Below are positions 1 through 9,163 of a DNA stretch of 64,000 bases, piece after piece. A program made the translations under genes and the position numbers. Source of the stretch: Planctomycetota bacterium (GTDB lineage: Bacteria; Planctomycetota; UBA1135; UBA2386); NCBI GenBank assembly GCA_965228735.1, contig OZ245838.1, forward strand, positions 6,912,001 through 6,976,000, in the 5' to 3' direction. The first letter of the stretch is position 1; the number at the start of each line of letters is the position of its first letter. A model generated the notes under the pieces. It had not been told where the DNA came from and ran no database searches. It saw nothing but the letters and a program-made list of their open reading frames with translations.

Positions 1-693
1 CCGGCCGTCGAACAGCTGCAGGTTGGAGTAGACCGCGAAGTTGGAGCTGTTGATCGGGAACGGACCGCGCCAGGGCTCATCGGCTGCGTTCGGATCATGG
101 ATGAACAACCCCGTGCTCCAGCCGCTCGGCCACGGCGGCTGTCGTGGACGCCGGTGGGTCGTGACGAGGATGTTGACGCGGCTGGCCGCGTCGATGCCGA
201 GATCGGAGACCCCGAACTGGTCCTCGGCGCCGCGGCCGCGCTGCAGAATCGTCGGCTCGCCGAGCCAGCGATCCTGCCCGGTATCGAAGCGCTGGTGGAC
301 GGCGCTATGAACGTCGTCGTTGTCGACCTTGGCGGCCCAGGCGACGTGCAGAACGGCGGAGTCAGGACTGCCCGCGGCCGCGCCCCAGACGGACTCGCGC
401 AGCGGCGTCCGGCCGATGCGACGCCACGTCTGCCCGCGGTCGGTGGAGCGATGGATCGTCAGCCGCCGGGTCGTCTGGTCGTCACCCCGACGTTCGTGGA
501 CCAGCGCATACAGCCGGCCCTGGCCGTCGGCCGTCACCCCGTCGGAGAACGATCGCATCGGCGAGGCGTGCCAGCCGGGCTCGGGACGCACGACGATCGG
601 CAGGCCGTCAGGGCTGGTTGCGGTGTCCGATTGGGCGACGACGAGGGTTGCCAGGGAGAGGCCGCTCGCGAGCAGTTGGAGGACGCTTGGCAT
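1..693 (-). CDS. Secreted BNR/Asp-box repeat protein (3' end runs off the window)
   Basis: Hand-translated from ATG at 693 and open to base 1: signal-like MPSVLQLLASGLSLATLVVAQ, Asp-box HRSTDRGQTW. Absent from the ORF track because it has no stop inside the window. Confidence 0.7.
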   Translation of the reverse strand, partial: MPSVLQLLASGLSLATLVVAQSDTATSPDGLPIVVRPEPGWHASPMRSFSDGVTADGQGRLYALVHERRGDDQTTRRLTIHRSTDRGQTWRRIGRTPLRESVWGAAAGSPDSAVLHVAWAAKVDNDDVHSAVHQRFDTGQDRWLGEPTILQRGRGAEDQFGVSDLGIDAASRVNILVTTHRRPRQPPWPSGWSTGLFIHDPNAADEPWRGPFPINSSNFAVYSNLQLFDGR

Positions 694-797
694 GGTGGAG
701 GTCCGCTGCAGGTGAGAGTCGCGTTGCGACCGCGATGTCAGGCGGAAAGCCGGCACGGTTTCCACGACGCAGCATCCTCCGTAAGCTCCCGAACTTC

Positions 798-1604
798 ATG
801 TCTCGGCCCGTTTTCGTCGTCTGCGGTCCCCGTTCGGGGTCGACCTTCGTCGTCGCGCTGCTCGGCGGCCACGGTCGCATCCAGATGACGAACGAGGCGG
901 CGTGGGTGACCTACCTGCGCAAGACGTTCCTGCTCGCGAGCACGCCTTCGAGCCAGCAGATCGAGGACGGCGAGGGCTTCGCGACGCCCGGCATCCTGCC
1001 CGAGAAGTACACGGAGGCGATCGCGCGCTCGCACCTGTCCGTGATGCGTCTGTTCGTGACCCGGTTCTATCGGCGCGCGGGATCGCCGATCGATGGCGAC
1101 GACTGTGCGTTCTACGGCGACAAGGTGATGTCGGTGAACGATCTGCGCTTCGCGGCGGAGTGGTTCGACGAGGCGGTGTTCGTGCACCTCGTGCGTGATC
1201 CGCGCGACGTGATCGCGTCGACGTTCGCGTTCTCGCAGAAACACAAGATGCTCTGGGACAGCGCCACGTTCGACACGCGCGTGTCGCACATGGCGGAGTT
1301 CCTCGGCAAGACCGGCGACATCCTGCGGGATCGGCGGAGCCTGCTGTTGCGCTACGAGGACCTGCTGGAGGATCCGGAGCGCCGGGTCGCGGAGCTGTTC
1401 GCGTTCCTCGAGCTCGACGTCGACGGCGGCGTGCGCGAGTTCCTCGACGGCGAGTCGCAGCGGCTCTTCGCCAATCACGGCACGAGCGCAAGCCCGACGG
1501 CGAGCATCGGGCGCTGGCGCCGCGACCTGTCGGCCGAGCAACAGACGCAGGCGACGGCCGGGCTCGCGGCCGAACTCGCGCGCTACGGCTACGAGTCGGC
1601 CTGA
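798..1604 (+). CDS. Sulfotransferase family protein
   Basis: 5'-PSB-like loop VCGPRSGST, 3'-PB-like motif LVRDPRDVIAS, LRYEDLL, SIGRWR. Confidence 0.85.
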   Translation: MSRPVFVVCGPRSGSTFVVALLGGHGRIQMTNEAAWVTYLRKTFLLASTPSSQQIEDGEGFATPGILPEKYTEAIARSHLSVMRLFVTRFYRRAGSPIDGDDCAFYGDKVMSVNDLRFAAEWFDEAVFVHLVRDPRDVIASTFAFSQKHKMLWDSATFDTRVSHMAEFLGKTGDILRDRRSLLLRYEDLLEDPERRVAELFAFLELDVDGGVREFLDGESQRLFANHGTSASPTASIGRWRRDLSAEQQTQATAGLAAELARYGYESA

Positions 1605-1617
1605 CGGCGCGTCGAAC

Positions 1618-4600
1618 TCAGGTGCCGATGAGGAGCTGGACGCCGTTCGAGGTCACCAGCCCGAGCGCGTTGAGCGACGGCGCGAGCGCGGCCGACTGCG
1701 CGTTGAAGCGCACGCCCATGAGGTTGGTGTCGTTCGGGATCGGGCCCGTGTAGATGCCCTGACCGCCGCTCGGCACGAGGATGACCGTCGCGTTGTTGCT
1801 GACGAACTGGTGGCAGCCCGGCATGCCGAACGACGACAGCTCGATCCCCGGACTGAACTGCTGGAAGCCGAGCAGCTGGAACCCGAGGCCGGAGCCCTGC
1901 GGGAACTCGGTCGTCGTCATCACCGAGCTGCCGCCGAGAACCGGCGGCGTCGCGGTGAGCGTCAGACCGAGCTTGTTCTGCGCGGCGGTCGAGAACCCGG
2001 CGCCCGCGAGCTCGGCCGTGAGGTCGAGGTTGCCGGCGTCGAAGTTGGGCGCCACGTGCGAGTAGCCGACGAGCACCGAGGTGCCCACGCCCGACATCGT
2101 CTGCCACGCGTAGGTGACGGTGCCGCTCTGCGGGTCGAACTGCAGCTGGAACGTGCGCGGCGTCGTCGTGCCAGCGGAGTAGACCCCGTCCCACGTGATG
2201 TGGGCGATGCCGCCGATCTCCTCGAACAGCACCGAACCGCCGCCGGAGGCCGACGGATCGAAGTCGTGCCAGCAACCCCAGCGCGCGACCGTGCCGTTGA
2301 GCCAGTCGGTGGGCGAGATCAGCGGCGAGGTGCCGTTGCCGGCCGCGACCGAGACGAAGCCGTTCGAGCAGACCTCGAGCGTCGACGTCGTGCCGCCCGG
2401 GTAGTTGAACGGCGTCGTCAGGTTGACCGTGACCGCGTCGTCGTCCTGCAGAGCCAGCGTCGTCGCGCTGGCCGTCGGGGCCACGAACGAACCGCCCGTC
2501 AGGCCGAAGTAGGCGTTGCCGAGGCTGATGAGCTGGAACGCCTGGTTGTCGAGGTCGAAGTTCGAGGTGCTGTTGAAGAACTCGTAGAACGCCTTGCTCT
2601 GGCGGTAGCAGCCGTCGCCGAACACGATCGCCCCGGCCGGGTTGCCGCTCGGCCCCTCGATGTCGAGGTTGAAGCCGCCCGGCGCGCCGTTGCTGCCGAC
2701 GCGGATGTAGTAGGTGCCGGGCGAGACCGGGATCGAGAGCGACGACTGCGTGCCGCAGGCGTCGTCATTGCAGCCGACGCTCGTGAGGTTGCCGCAGCTG
2801 CCCGAGAACACCTCGATCACCGTGTCGAACGCCGCGAGGAAGCACGTGTCGACGTCGAGCGTGCCGAAGTTGGTCACGTTGTAGGAGAACCACACGTCGT
2901 TGGCACCGTTGCCGCACGGCCAGGCCGGCGCCGAGGTCGACGCGCCCTGACAGGTGAACGGGCCGTGGACGCCGTTGAGCAGCGGGATCGCCGTCGCGCA
3001 GGAGTCGTTCGTGACGGCCAGCCCCGTGTTCGGGTAGGGGATCGAGTGCCGCAGCGCGGCATAGGTGAGCTCGTTGCTGTGCGGGGTGCCGTTCAGCAGG
3101 TTGGCGTCGTTGTCGTCCGCGAGGAAGATCTCGAGGACCGCGCTCGGCTGATCCTGCGCGTTCGCCGCGATGCTGCCGAGCACGATCCGGTTCGTGATCT
3201 GGATCGCCTGCGACCGGCTCGACAGCGTCTGCGCGAGGCGGTCGCGAAGCTTCCACGCGAAGCCCATGAACGACTCGCCCTGGCTGTGCACGCCGCTGCC
3301 GTTCGGGTACTGCCGCGTGTTGGTGCCCGCCCGGAGGTAGCCGCCGGCCGAGAGGAAGTCCTGGCCGATGATCGCGTCGTCGAGCAGGTACATCCCGCAG
3401 ATGTCGGCCCAGCCCTCGCTCAGACCGTTGGTCTGCGAGATGCCGCCGTAGCGGTCATCGAGTCCGTGACCCCACTCGTGGGCCACGACCGACGAATAGG
3501 CCGAGTTCCGGCAGCCGCCGCCGGCCTGGTAGAAGTTCATCGTGTTGTTGAGGTAGTACGCGTTGCACGTGAAGTTGAGATTCACGCGCGACTGGATCCC
3601 GTCGAGGGACGCGAGCTGGCTCGTGTTGCCGAGCGTCGCGCGGGCCCATTCGTTGACCTCGTTGGTGAAGTAGTAGACGTTGGTGTGCGCCGCGAAGTCC
3701 GGCGTCGCGGTCTGCCACAGGATCTGGAACGTCGTCGTGAGGCCCGGGACGAGCGGGTTCTGCGCCGTCGGCGCGTTGGGGCCCTGGATCAGCTGGCAGT
3801 GGACGCCGTCGAGGTCGACGGTCACGTTGACGTTGTTCTGGATGTTGACGGTGAACATCCCCTGGTTGTCGGTGACCACGGTGCCGACGCCGGGGACGTC
3901 GACCTCGACGTTCGGCAGCGGGACGTTGATGAGCGGGTCGAGCGCGCCCTTCCCGAGCCGGACCCACGCCCGCACGATGCCCGTCGCGATCGGCATCGAC
4001 GCGTTCGCCGTTGCCGCCGCGCTCGGCTGGTCGTCGTCGCCGCCGCTCGCGATCGGGGCCGCGATCGGTGCAACAACGGGGGCCTTGTCAGCGCCCGGGC
4101 GCCGCAGCATGCCGGCCATGCCGAGGCGCGTCGCCGCCGCATCGGTGTCGACCTCACGGTTCGAGCAGCCGAAGCCGCACTCGTGCTTGTCGTTGCGGAA
4201 GTGCAGGACGTCGCCGTTCACCGCCGAGACGTAGTAGCGGCCGGCCTTGCCCTGACCGGTGGCGTCGATCGCGCTGACCGGGATCTCCCACGCGAGGTGC
4301 GGCGTCGCGAGCTTCGGTGCGTGCATGTCCGCCCAGATCACGAGGCGCGGTGCGCGCGGCTTGCCGGGCTGTTCCGCCGTCGGGATCGTCTCGATCTGCG
4401 ACCACGCGATGCGCTTCGCTTCGAGCTCGGCGATCGCCGGCACGGTCGGCAGATCGGCCGGGATCTGGATCGCCAGGCTGCCGAACATCGACACCTGACC
4501 GACGCGGTGCACGCGCACGTCGGCGCGACCGTTCAGGACCGGCAGGCCGCGGTAGTACTGATCGAAGACGAAGCTGTAGTTGTTGCCGATCGGTTGGGCG

Positions 4601-5028
4601 ATCGCTTCGCGAAACTCACAGAGCCCGAGGCCGAGCAGTTCCGACTGCCGCTCGAGCAGGAGCAGCGCGTGTCGCCGGGCTTCGCTCATCGAGTCCTCGA
4701 GCCACGTGTCGACCGTGAGGCCCGGACCGTAGATGTGTTGCGGGGTGCCGGTCGCGGTGCTCCAGCGGGTCTGCCAGTTGCCCGGGTGCTGCACCAGGAA
4801 GCGCTGGAACGCCGCGCTCTCGGCCTCGTACTTCGCCGCGAACTGCCGGGCCGGGTCGGCGATGGCGTTCTGATACTCGTTCTGCGAACGGCCGGGTTGC
4901 TCGGATCCCGCTTGCGCGCGGATCTCGGAGATCCCGATCCCGGAGATCGCGAGGGTCAGGGTCAGCGAGGAGGTGACGATGGCCCGCGAGAGGGCGGCCC
5001 CGGACGGGGCGGAGGGAAGGGTTCTCAT
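1618..5028 (-). CDS. Secreted zinc metalloprotease (M4/M36-like) with propeptide, PPC-like domain and C-terminal beta domain
   Basis: Signal peptide ending IRAQ; FTP/PepSY-like propeptide (FDQYYRGLPV, YYVSAVNGDVL); NAYY, HEWGH, LSEGWAD catalytic motifs; PGTYYIRV. Confidence 0.8.
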   Translation of the reverse strand: MRTLPSAPSGAALSRAIVTSSLTLTLAISGIGISEIRAQAGSEQPGRSQNEYQNAIADPARQFAAKYEAESAAFQRFLVQHPGNWQTRWSTATGTPQHIYGPGLTVDTWLEDSMSEARRHALLLLERQSELLGLGLCEFREAIAQPIGNNYSFVFDQYYRGLPVLNGRADVRVHRVGQVSMFGSLAIQIPADLPTVPAIAELEAKRIAWSQIETIPTAEQPGKPRAPRLVIWADMHAPKLATPHLAWEIPVSAIDATGQGKAGRYYVSAVNGDVLHFRNDKHECGFGCSNREVDTDAAATRLGMAGMLRRPGADKAPVVAPIAAPIASGGDDDQPSAAATANASMPIATGIVRAWVRLGKGALDPLINVPLPNVEVDVPGVGTVVTDNQGMFTVNIQNNVNVTVDLDGVHCQLIQGPNAPTAQNPLVPGLTTTFQILWQTATPDFAAHTNVYYFTNEVNEWARATLGNTSQLASLDGIQSRVNLNFTCNAYYLNNTMNFYQAGGGCRNSAYSSVVAHEWGHGLDDRYGGISQTNGLSEGWADICGMYLLDDAIIGQDFLSAGGYLRAGTNTRQYPNGSGVHSQGESFMGFAWKLRDRLAQTLSSRSQAIQITNRIVLGSIAANAQDQPSAVLEIFLADDNDANLLNGTPHSNELTYAALRHSIPYPNTGLAVTNDSCATAIPLLNGVHGPFTCQGASTSAPAWPCGNGANDVWFSYNVTNFGTLDVDTCFLAAFDTVIEVFSGSCGNLTSVGCNDDACGTQSSLSIPVSPGTYYIRVGSNGAPGGFNLDIEGPSGNPAGAIVFGDGCYRQSKAFYEFFNSTSNFDLDNQAFQLISLGNAYFGLTGGSFVAPTASATTLALQDDDAVTVNLTTPFNYPGGTTSTLEVCSNGFVSVAAGNGTSPLISPTDWLNGTVARWGCWHDFDPSASGGGSVLFEEIGGIAHITWDGVYSAGTTTPRTFQLQFDPQSGTVTYAWQTMSGVGTSVLVGYSHVAPNFDAGNLDLTAELAGAGFSTAAQNKLGLTLTATPPVLGGSSVMTTTEFPQGSGLGFQLLGFQQFSPGIELSSFGMPGCHQFVSNNATVILVPSGGQGIYTGPIPNDTNLMGVRFNAQSAALAPSLNALGLVTSNGVQLLIGT

Positions 5029-5378
5029 GGCAGTGCTGGGGCGGCAGAAAACGCGGGGTAGAACGGTTTTCTTCCGGAATCGGCGATCGTCGCGTGCGGG
5101 CTGCGGACCGTCAAGGCGGGCGACGGCCCGCCGCACGGGCTCCGGGGCCCCCGATCGGCTCGCAACGCGGGTCGGCGTGCTGCTGCTAGGAGTGTAGCTG
5201 CAAGGGGTTGGCGAGGTCACCGGGAAGGGAAACAGGCCCTGCGGGTTGACCCGAATCCCGATCCCGGACGAGATCACAGAGTCGCCGGCGCCACCGGGGG
5301 GAGCGCCCGACTCGCCCGGATCTGCCCGGGCGGTCGCGGTCGGTCGGCGGACCGTCGTTTCGATACCTTGCGAAGGTC

Positions 5379-7574
5379 ATGGCCTCGCAGGACGACAACA
5401 CCATCGGGCGCCGCGGTGGCGGGCTGCGGTCCGTCGCACTCGCGGGTGGGATCGGCGTTCTCACCGCGTGTTCGGGATCGGGCCCCGCGACCGACTACGG
5501 GATCGCGCAGCGCACGGAGGTCGCGCCGCTGCCGTTCCCCACCGGCCTGCCGTCGCCGATCCCGGTCGACTTCGACGTGGCGTTCCCCGGCCTGCTCTTC
5601 GACGCGCCCGTCGCGCTCACCGCGCCACCCGATGGCACCGACCGCATCGCGGTGGTGGAGCAGCGCGGCCGCATCCGCGTCTTCGCCAACGACCCGAACG
5701 TCACGGCAGCGGCCATGTCGGACTACCTCGACATCCAGTCGCAGGTGCGCTACGGCGGCGAGGAGGGGTTGCTCGGGTTCACGTTCCACCCCGACTACGC
5801 GACGAACGGGTGGTTCTACGTCTACTACACCGCGGACGCGCCGCGCCGTTCCGTCCTGTCGCGCTTCACCGTGAGCAGCGGCGACCCCAACGCGGCCGAC
5901 CCGGGCAGCGAGGTCGTGTTGCTCGAGGTGGCGCAGCCGTTCGGCAACCACAACTCGGGTGCGCTCGCGTTCGGCCCCGACGGCAAGCTCTACGTCGCGT
6001 GCGGTGACGGCGGGGCGGGTGACGACCCGCACGACAACGGGCAGAACCTCACGACGCTGCTCGGCAACATCCTGCGGTTGAACGACGACGGCAGCGTGCC
6101 CGCGGACAATCCGTTCGTCGGCGGGACCAACGGCGAACGCCCGGAGATCTGGGCCTACGGCCTGCGCAACCCGTGGCGCATGAGCTTCGACCGCGACTCC
6201 GGGCGGCTCTGGGTCGGCGACGTCGGGCAGGGCGCGCGCGAGGAGATCGACGTCATCGTGCGCGGCGGCAACTACGGCTGGCGCGTGTTCGAGGGGCGGC
6301 GCGAGAACATCAACCCCGACAACCTCAGCGCTGCGTCGTTCATCGACCCGGTGCACGACTACGGCCGCGAGTCGGGTTCGAGCGTCACGGGCGGCTACGT
6401 CTATCGCGGCACCGCCGTGCCGACGCTGGCCGGAGCCTACGTGTATGCCGACTTCGGCAGCGGGCGCGTGTGGGCGCTCGTCTACGACGGCACGCAGGCG
6501 GTCAGCAACGTTCACATCGCGACGGTGACGCAGCCGAGCTCGTTCGGCGAGGACGAGGCCGGTGAGCTCTACGTCTGCTGCTTCGACGGTCGCATCCGCA
6601 AGTTGCAGGCGGACGCGACGACACCGACCGTCACCGAGATCCCGACGACGTTGTCCGCGACCGGACTGTTCGACGACGTCGCGGCGCTCGCCCCCGCGCC
6701 GGGTGTGCTCGAGTACGACGTCAACGCGCCGTTCTGGTCGGACGGCGCCGAGAAGCGCCGCTGGCTCGCGCTGCCCGGCAGTGCGCGGATGGCGTTCGAT
6801 GCGACGGGGTCGTGGCAGTTCCCGGTCGGCACGGTGCTCGTCAAACACTTCGAGATCGCGCCCACGCCGCTGCCCGTGTCGCGCCTGCGGCTCGAGACCC
6901 GGGTGTTACTGCACCAGGAGAGCGGGTGGGTCGGCTACACGTATCGCTGGAACGCGGCCGGGACCGACGCCGATCTCGTCGCGGACGCCGGCGACTCGAT
7001 GACGTTCACCGTGACCGACGCCGGCGGGGCGACGCGGCAGCAGACGTGGCAGTTCCCGAGCCGCGCGAGCTGTCTGTCGTGCCACACCGCCGCGGCCGGG
7101 CACGTGCTCGGTGTGCGCACGCGGCAGATCAACCGCGACTTCGCGTTCCCGTTGCGCACCGACAACCAGCTGCGAACGTGGAACCACCTCGGGCTGTTCA
7201 CGACCCCCCTTCTGTCGGCCGCGAGTTACCCGGCGTTCGTCGATCCGCACGACAGCGCGGCAGCACTCGACGATCGCGCGCGCGCGTGGCTCGACGTCAA
7301 CTGCGCGCAGTGTCACCGCCCTGGCGGTCCGACGCCCGTCGATCTCGATCTGACGATCGATGTCGCCGAGGGCGCCATGAACCTGTTCGGTGTCGGCGCG
7401 ACCGTGCCCGTGCCGGGCGGCGCGGGCGTGCGCGCCGTCGCCGGGTCGGCGGCGACGAGCGATCTGTGGCTGCGGATCATGCGCCGCGACGGCTACGGGA
7501 TGCCGCCGCTCGGCAGCTCGGAGATCGATCAGGCCGGCGTCGAGCTGCTGCGCGCGTTCCTCGACTCGCGCTGA
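5379..7574 (+). CDS. PQQ-dependent glucose/sorbosone dehydrogenase-family lipoprotein fused to a diheme cytochrome c domain
   Basis: Lipobox VLTAC; EEGLLG..FHPDY, NHNSG.LAFGPDG.LY, AYGLRNPWR, YGW; two CxxCH (CLSCH, CAQCH); MPP axial-ligand motif. Confidence 0.85.
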   Translation: MASQDDNTIGRRGGGLRSVALAGGIGVLTACSGSGPATDYGIAQRTEVAPLPFPTGLPSPIPVDFDVAFPGLLFDAPVALTAPPDGTDRIAVVEQRGRIRVFANDPNVTAAAMSDYLDIQSQVRYGGEEGLLGFTFHPDYATNGWFYVYYTADAPRRSVLSRFTVSSGDPNAADPGSEVVLLEVAQPFGNHNSGALAFGPDGKLYVACGDGGAGDDPHDNGQNLTTLLGNILRLNDDGSVPADNPFVGGTNGERPEIWAYGLRNPWRMSFDRDSGRLWVGDVGQGAREEIDVIVRGGNYGWRVFEGRRENINPDNLSAASFIDPVHDYGRESGSSVTGGYVYRGTAVPTLAGAYVYADFGSGRVWALVYDGTQAVSNVHIATVTQPSSFGEDEAGELYVCCFDGRIRKLQADATTPTVTEIPTTLSATGLFDDVAALAPAPGVLEYDVNAPFWSDGAEKRRWLALPGSARMAFDATGSWQFPVGTVLVKHFEIAPTPLPVSRLRLETRVLLHQESGWVGYTYRWNAAGTDADLVADAGDSMTFTVTDAGGATRQQTWQFPSRASCLSCHTAAAGHVLGVRTRQINRDFAFPLRTDNQLRTWNHLGLFTTPLLSAASYPAFVDPHDSAAALDDRARAWLDVNCAQCHRPGGPTPVDLDLTIDVAEGAMNLFGVGATVPVPGGAGVRAVAGSAATSDLWLRIMRRDGYGMPPLGSSEIDQAGVELLRAFLDSR

Positions 7575-7586
7575 ACGCGGCGCCGC

Positions 7587-9041
7587 TCAGCGCAGGAGCG
7601 GCATGAGGATCGGCGCGGGCTTCACTTCGCCGAGGTCCTGGGACGTCGGGTTGCCGAAGTCATCGACCGGAACGCCGTTCGTGTCGCGGAAGCCGCGCCA
7701 GCCGAGCGCCCGGGTCTTCTGGGCGCCCGTGAGCGGGACACCCAGGCGCAGGATGCGAATGCCGTCGTCGAGCACCGTGTTGGTGTTGTCGAGGTTGCCG
7801 CCTGGTGGGGTGGCGAGCTGGATCACACCGTTGCCGCCCAGGCCACCGAGCGGCGCGGAGTCGTAGTTCGCGCCGAACGTCGGGCCGATCGCCACGCCGT
7901 TCGCGGGATACTTGCCGGTCACGATCGGCGAGCTGAACAGTCCGGTCTGGCTGATGCCGCCGTCCGCCGAGAGCGCGAACTGGTAGTCGTCGTTCGAGAA
8001 CAGGTCGCCTTGCGCGTGGAGATCGATGCGGGTCTCCGACGCCAGCACGATCATGCCGCCGGAGCCGCCGCCGCCGCCACCGCCGTTGCTGCTCGAGCCG
8101 GCGATCTCACCGCCGCCCCCGTTGCCGCCGTTGGCCTGGATCGCGCCGCTGACGACGATCTCGCCGAGCGCGTAGACCACGACGCAGCCACCGCCACCGC
8201 CGCCGCCGCCGCCGCGAGCGTCGTTCACGAACGTGCCGGAGCCGAGTGGCGATGCCGCCTCATCACCACCGCCACCGCCGCCACTCCCCCCGGTCGGAAG
8301 CGGGAGCTCACCACGAATCAAGCGCGCGCGGTTCACGTCGTAGGCGGTGCCGAAGAAGTCGTTGTCCGGGTCGCCATCGCTGAACGGGCTGCCGCCGGGG
8401 CCGCCGCCGACGAGGGCGCGGGTTGCCGAGCCGCTCACGCCGAGGCCGCCGAAGCCGCCGAGCCCGAGCTGCTGCACGAATGCCGTGCCACCGATCCACG
8501 ACGCCGGGTAATCCGGGTCGCCCTGGGTCGCGAACGCGCCGCCGGCACCACCGGAGCCGCGGCGGGTTGGCAGGAGCGCAATGATCCCGCCGGAGCCGCC
8601 GGCACCGGGCAGGTTGCGCGGTCCGTTGCCGCTCTGACCGGCGTACGATCGACCGGTCGTCCGGGGGCTGCCCGTGCCGCCGCGACCGCCGTTCGGCCCG
8701 CCAACGCCGCCTTCGGTCGAGAAGTTCGCAGCCTGCAGCGTCGTGACTCGCTCACCGTCACCACCCGAGACGTCGAGCACGCCGTGCACCGTCATCCTCC
8801 CCGTGACGAGAAACACCAGTGGTTTGCTGCCCGTCCCGCGCACGGTGATCCCCTGCGCTATGTTCACGTCGCGAAACACGAACACGCCGCCCGTCACGGG
8901 GTAGGGCGCGCCGAACGCCGGCGTCACGATCGTGAAGTCGGTGTCGAGGACGACGTTCGCCGTCGGATCGAAGCTCGGTTGCGCGACCAGCAGATCGCAG
9001 AGGACGGCCACGGTTGTGACCCCGGACAGGAGGCGGACCAT
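7587..9041 (-). CDS. Glycine-rich secreted protein
   Basis: N-terminal hydrophobic segment ending LVAQ; repeated GGGGGGGSGG.I / I.ANGG.GG beta-helix-like tracts. Confidence 0.7.
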   Translation of the reverse strand: MVRLLSGVTTVAVLCDLLVAQPSFDPTANVVLDTDFTIVTPAFGAPYPVTGGVFVFRDVNIAQGITVRGTGSKPLVFLVTGRMTVHGVLDVSGGDGERVTTLQAANFSTEGGVGGPNGGRGGTGSPRTTGRSYAGQSGNGPRNLPGAGGSGGIIALLPTRRGSGGAGGAFATQGDPDYPASWIGGTAFVQQLGLGGFGGLGVSGSATRALVGGGPGGSPFSDGDPDNDFFGTAYDVNRARLIRGELPLPTGGSGGGGGGDEAASPLGSGTFVNDARGGGGGGGGGCVVVYALGEIVVSGAIQANGGNGGGGEIAGSSSNGGGGGGGSGGMIVLASETRIDLHAQGDLFSNDDYQFALSADGGISQTGLFSSPIVTGKYPANGVAIGPTFGANYDSAPLGGLGGNGVIQLATPPGGNLDNTNTVLDDGIRILRLGVPLTGAQKTRALGWRGFRDTNGVPVDDFGNPTSQDLGEVKPAPILMPLLR

Positions 9042-9163
9042 GTCAGGCCGATAGCCCGCCATCACGTCGGCGTAACGTCACGACCATGGGATTGGGGCTT
9101 CCCAAGCGGTGCACGTTTGCCGATCCTCGCACGGGCCCGGTCGTTCGGGCGTCGGAGGTCAGC

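Noticed and set aside
1810..5061. Very long antisense or alternate-frame ORFs (for example 1810-5061 +, 10854-14258 -, 36939-39464 +, 44295-46457 +)
   Set aside because: Arg/Ala/Gly-rich shadows of real genes, expected in high-GC DNA with strong codon bias; no family motifs.
8050..8470. (GCC)n-like tandem repeats as a DNA element
   Set aside because: They encode the poly-Gly tracts of the minus-strand glycine-rich protein.
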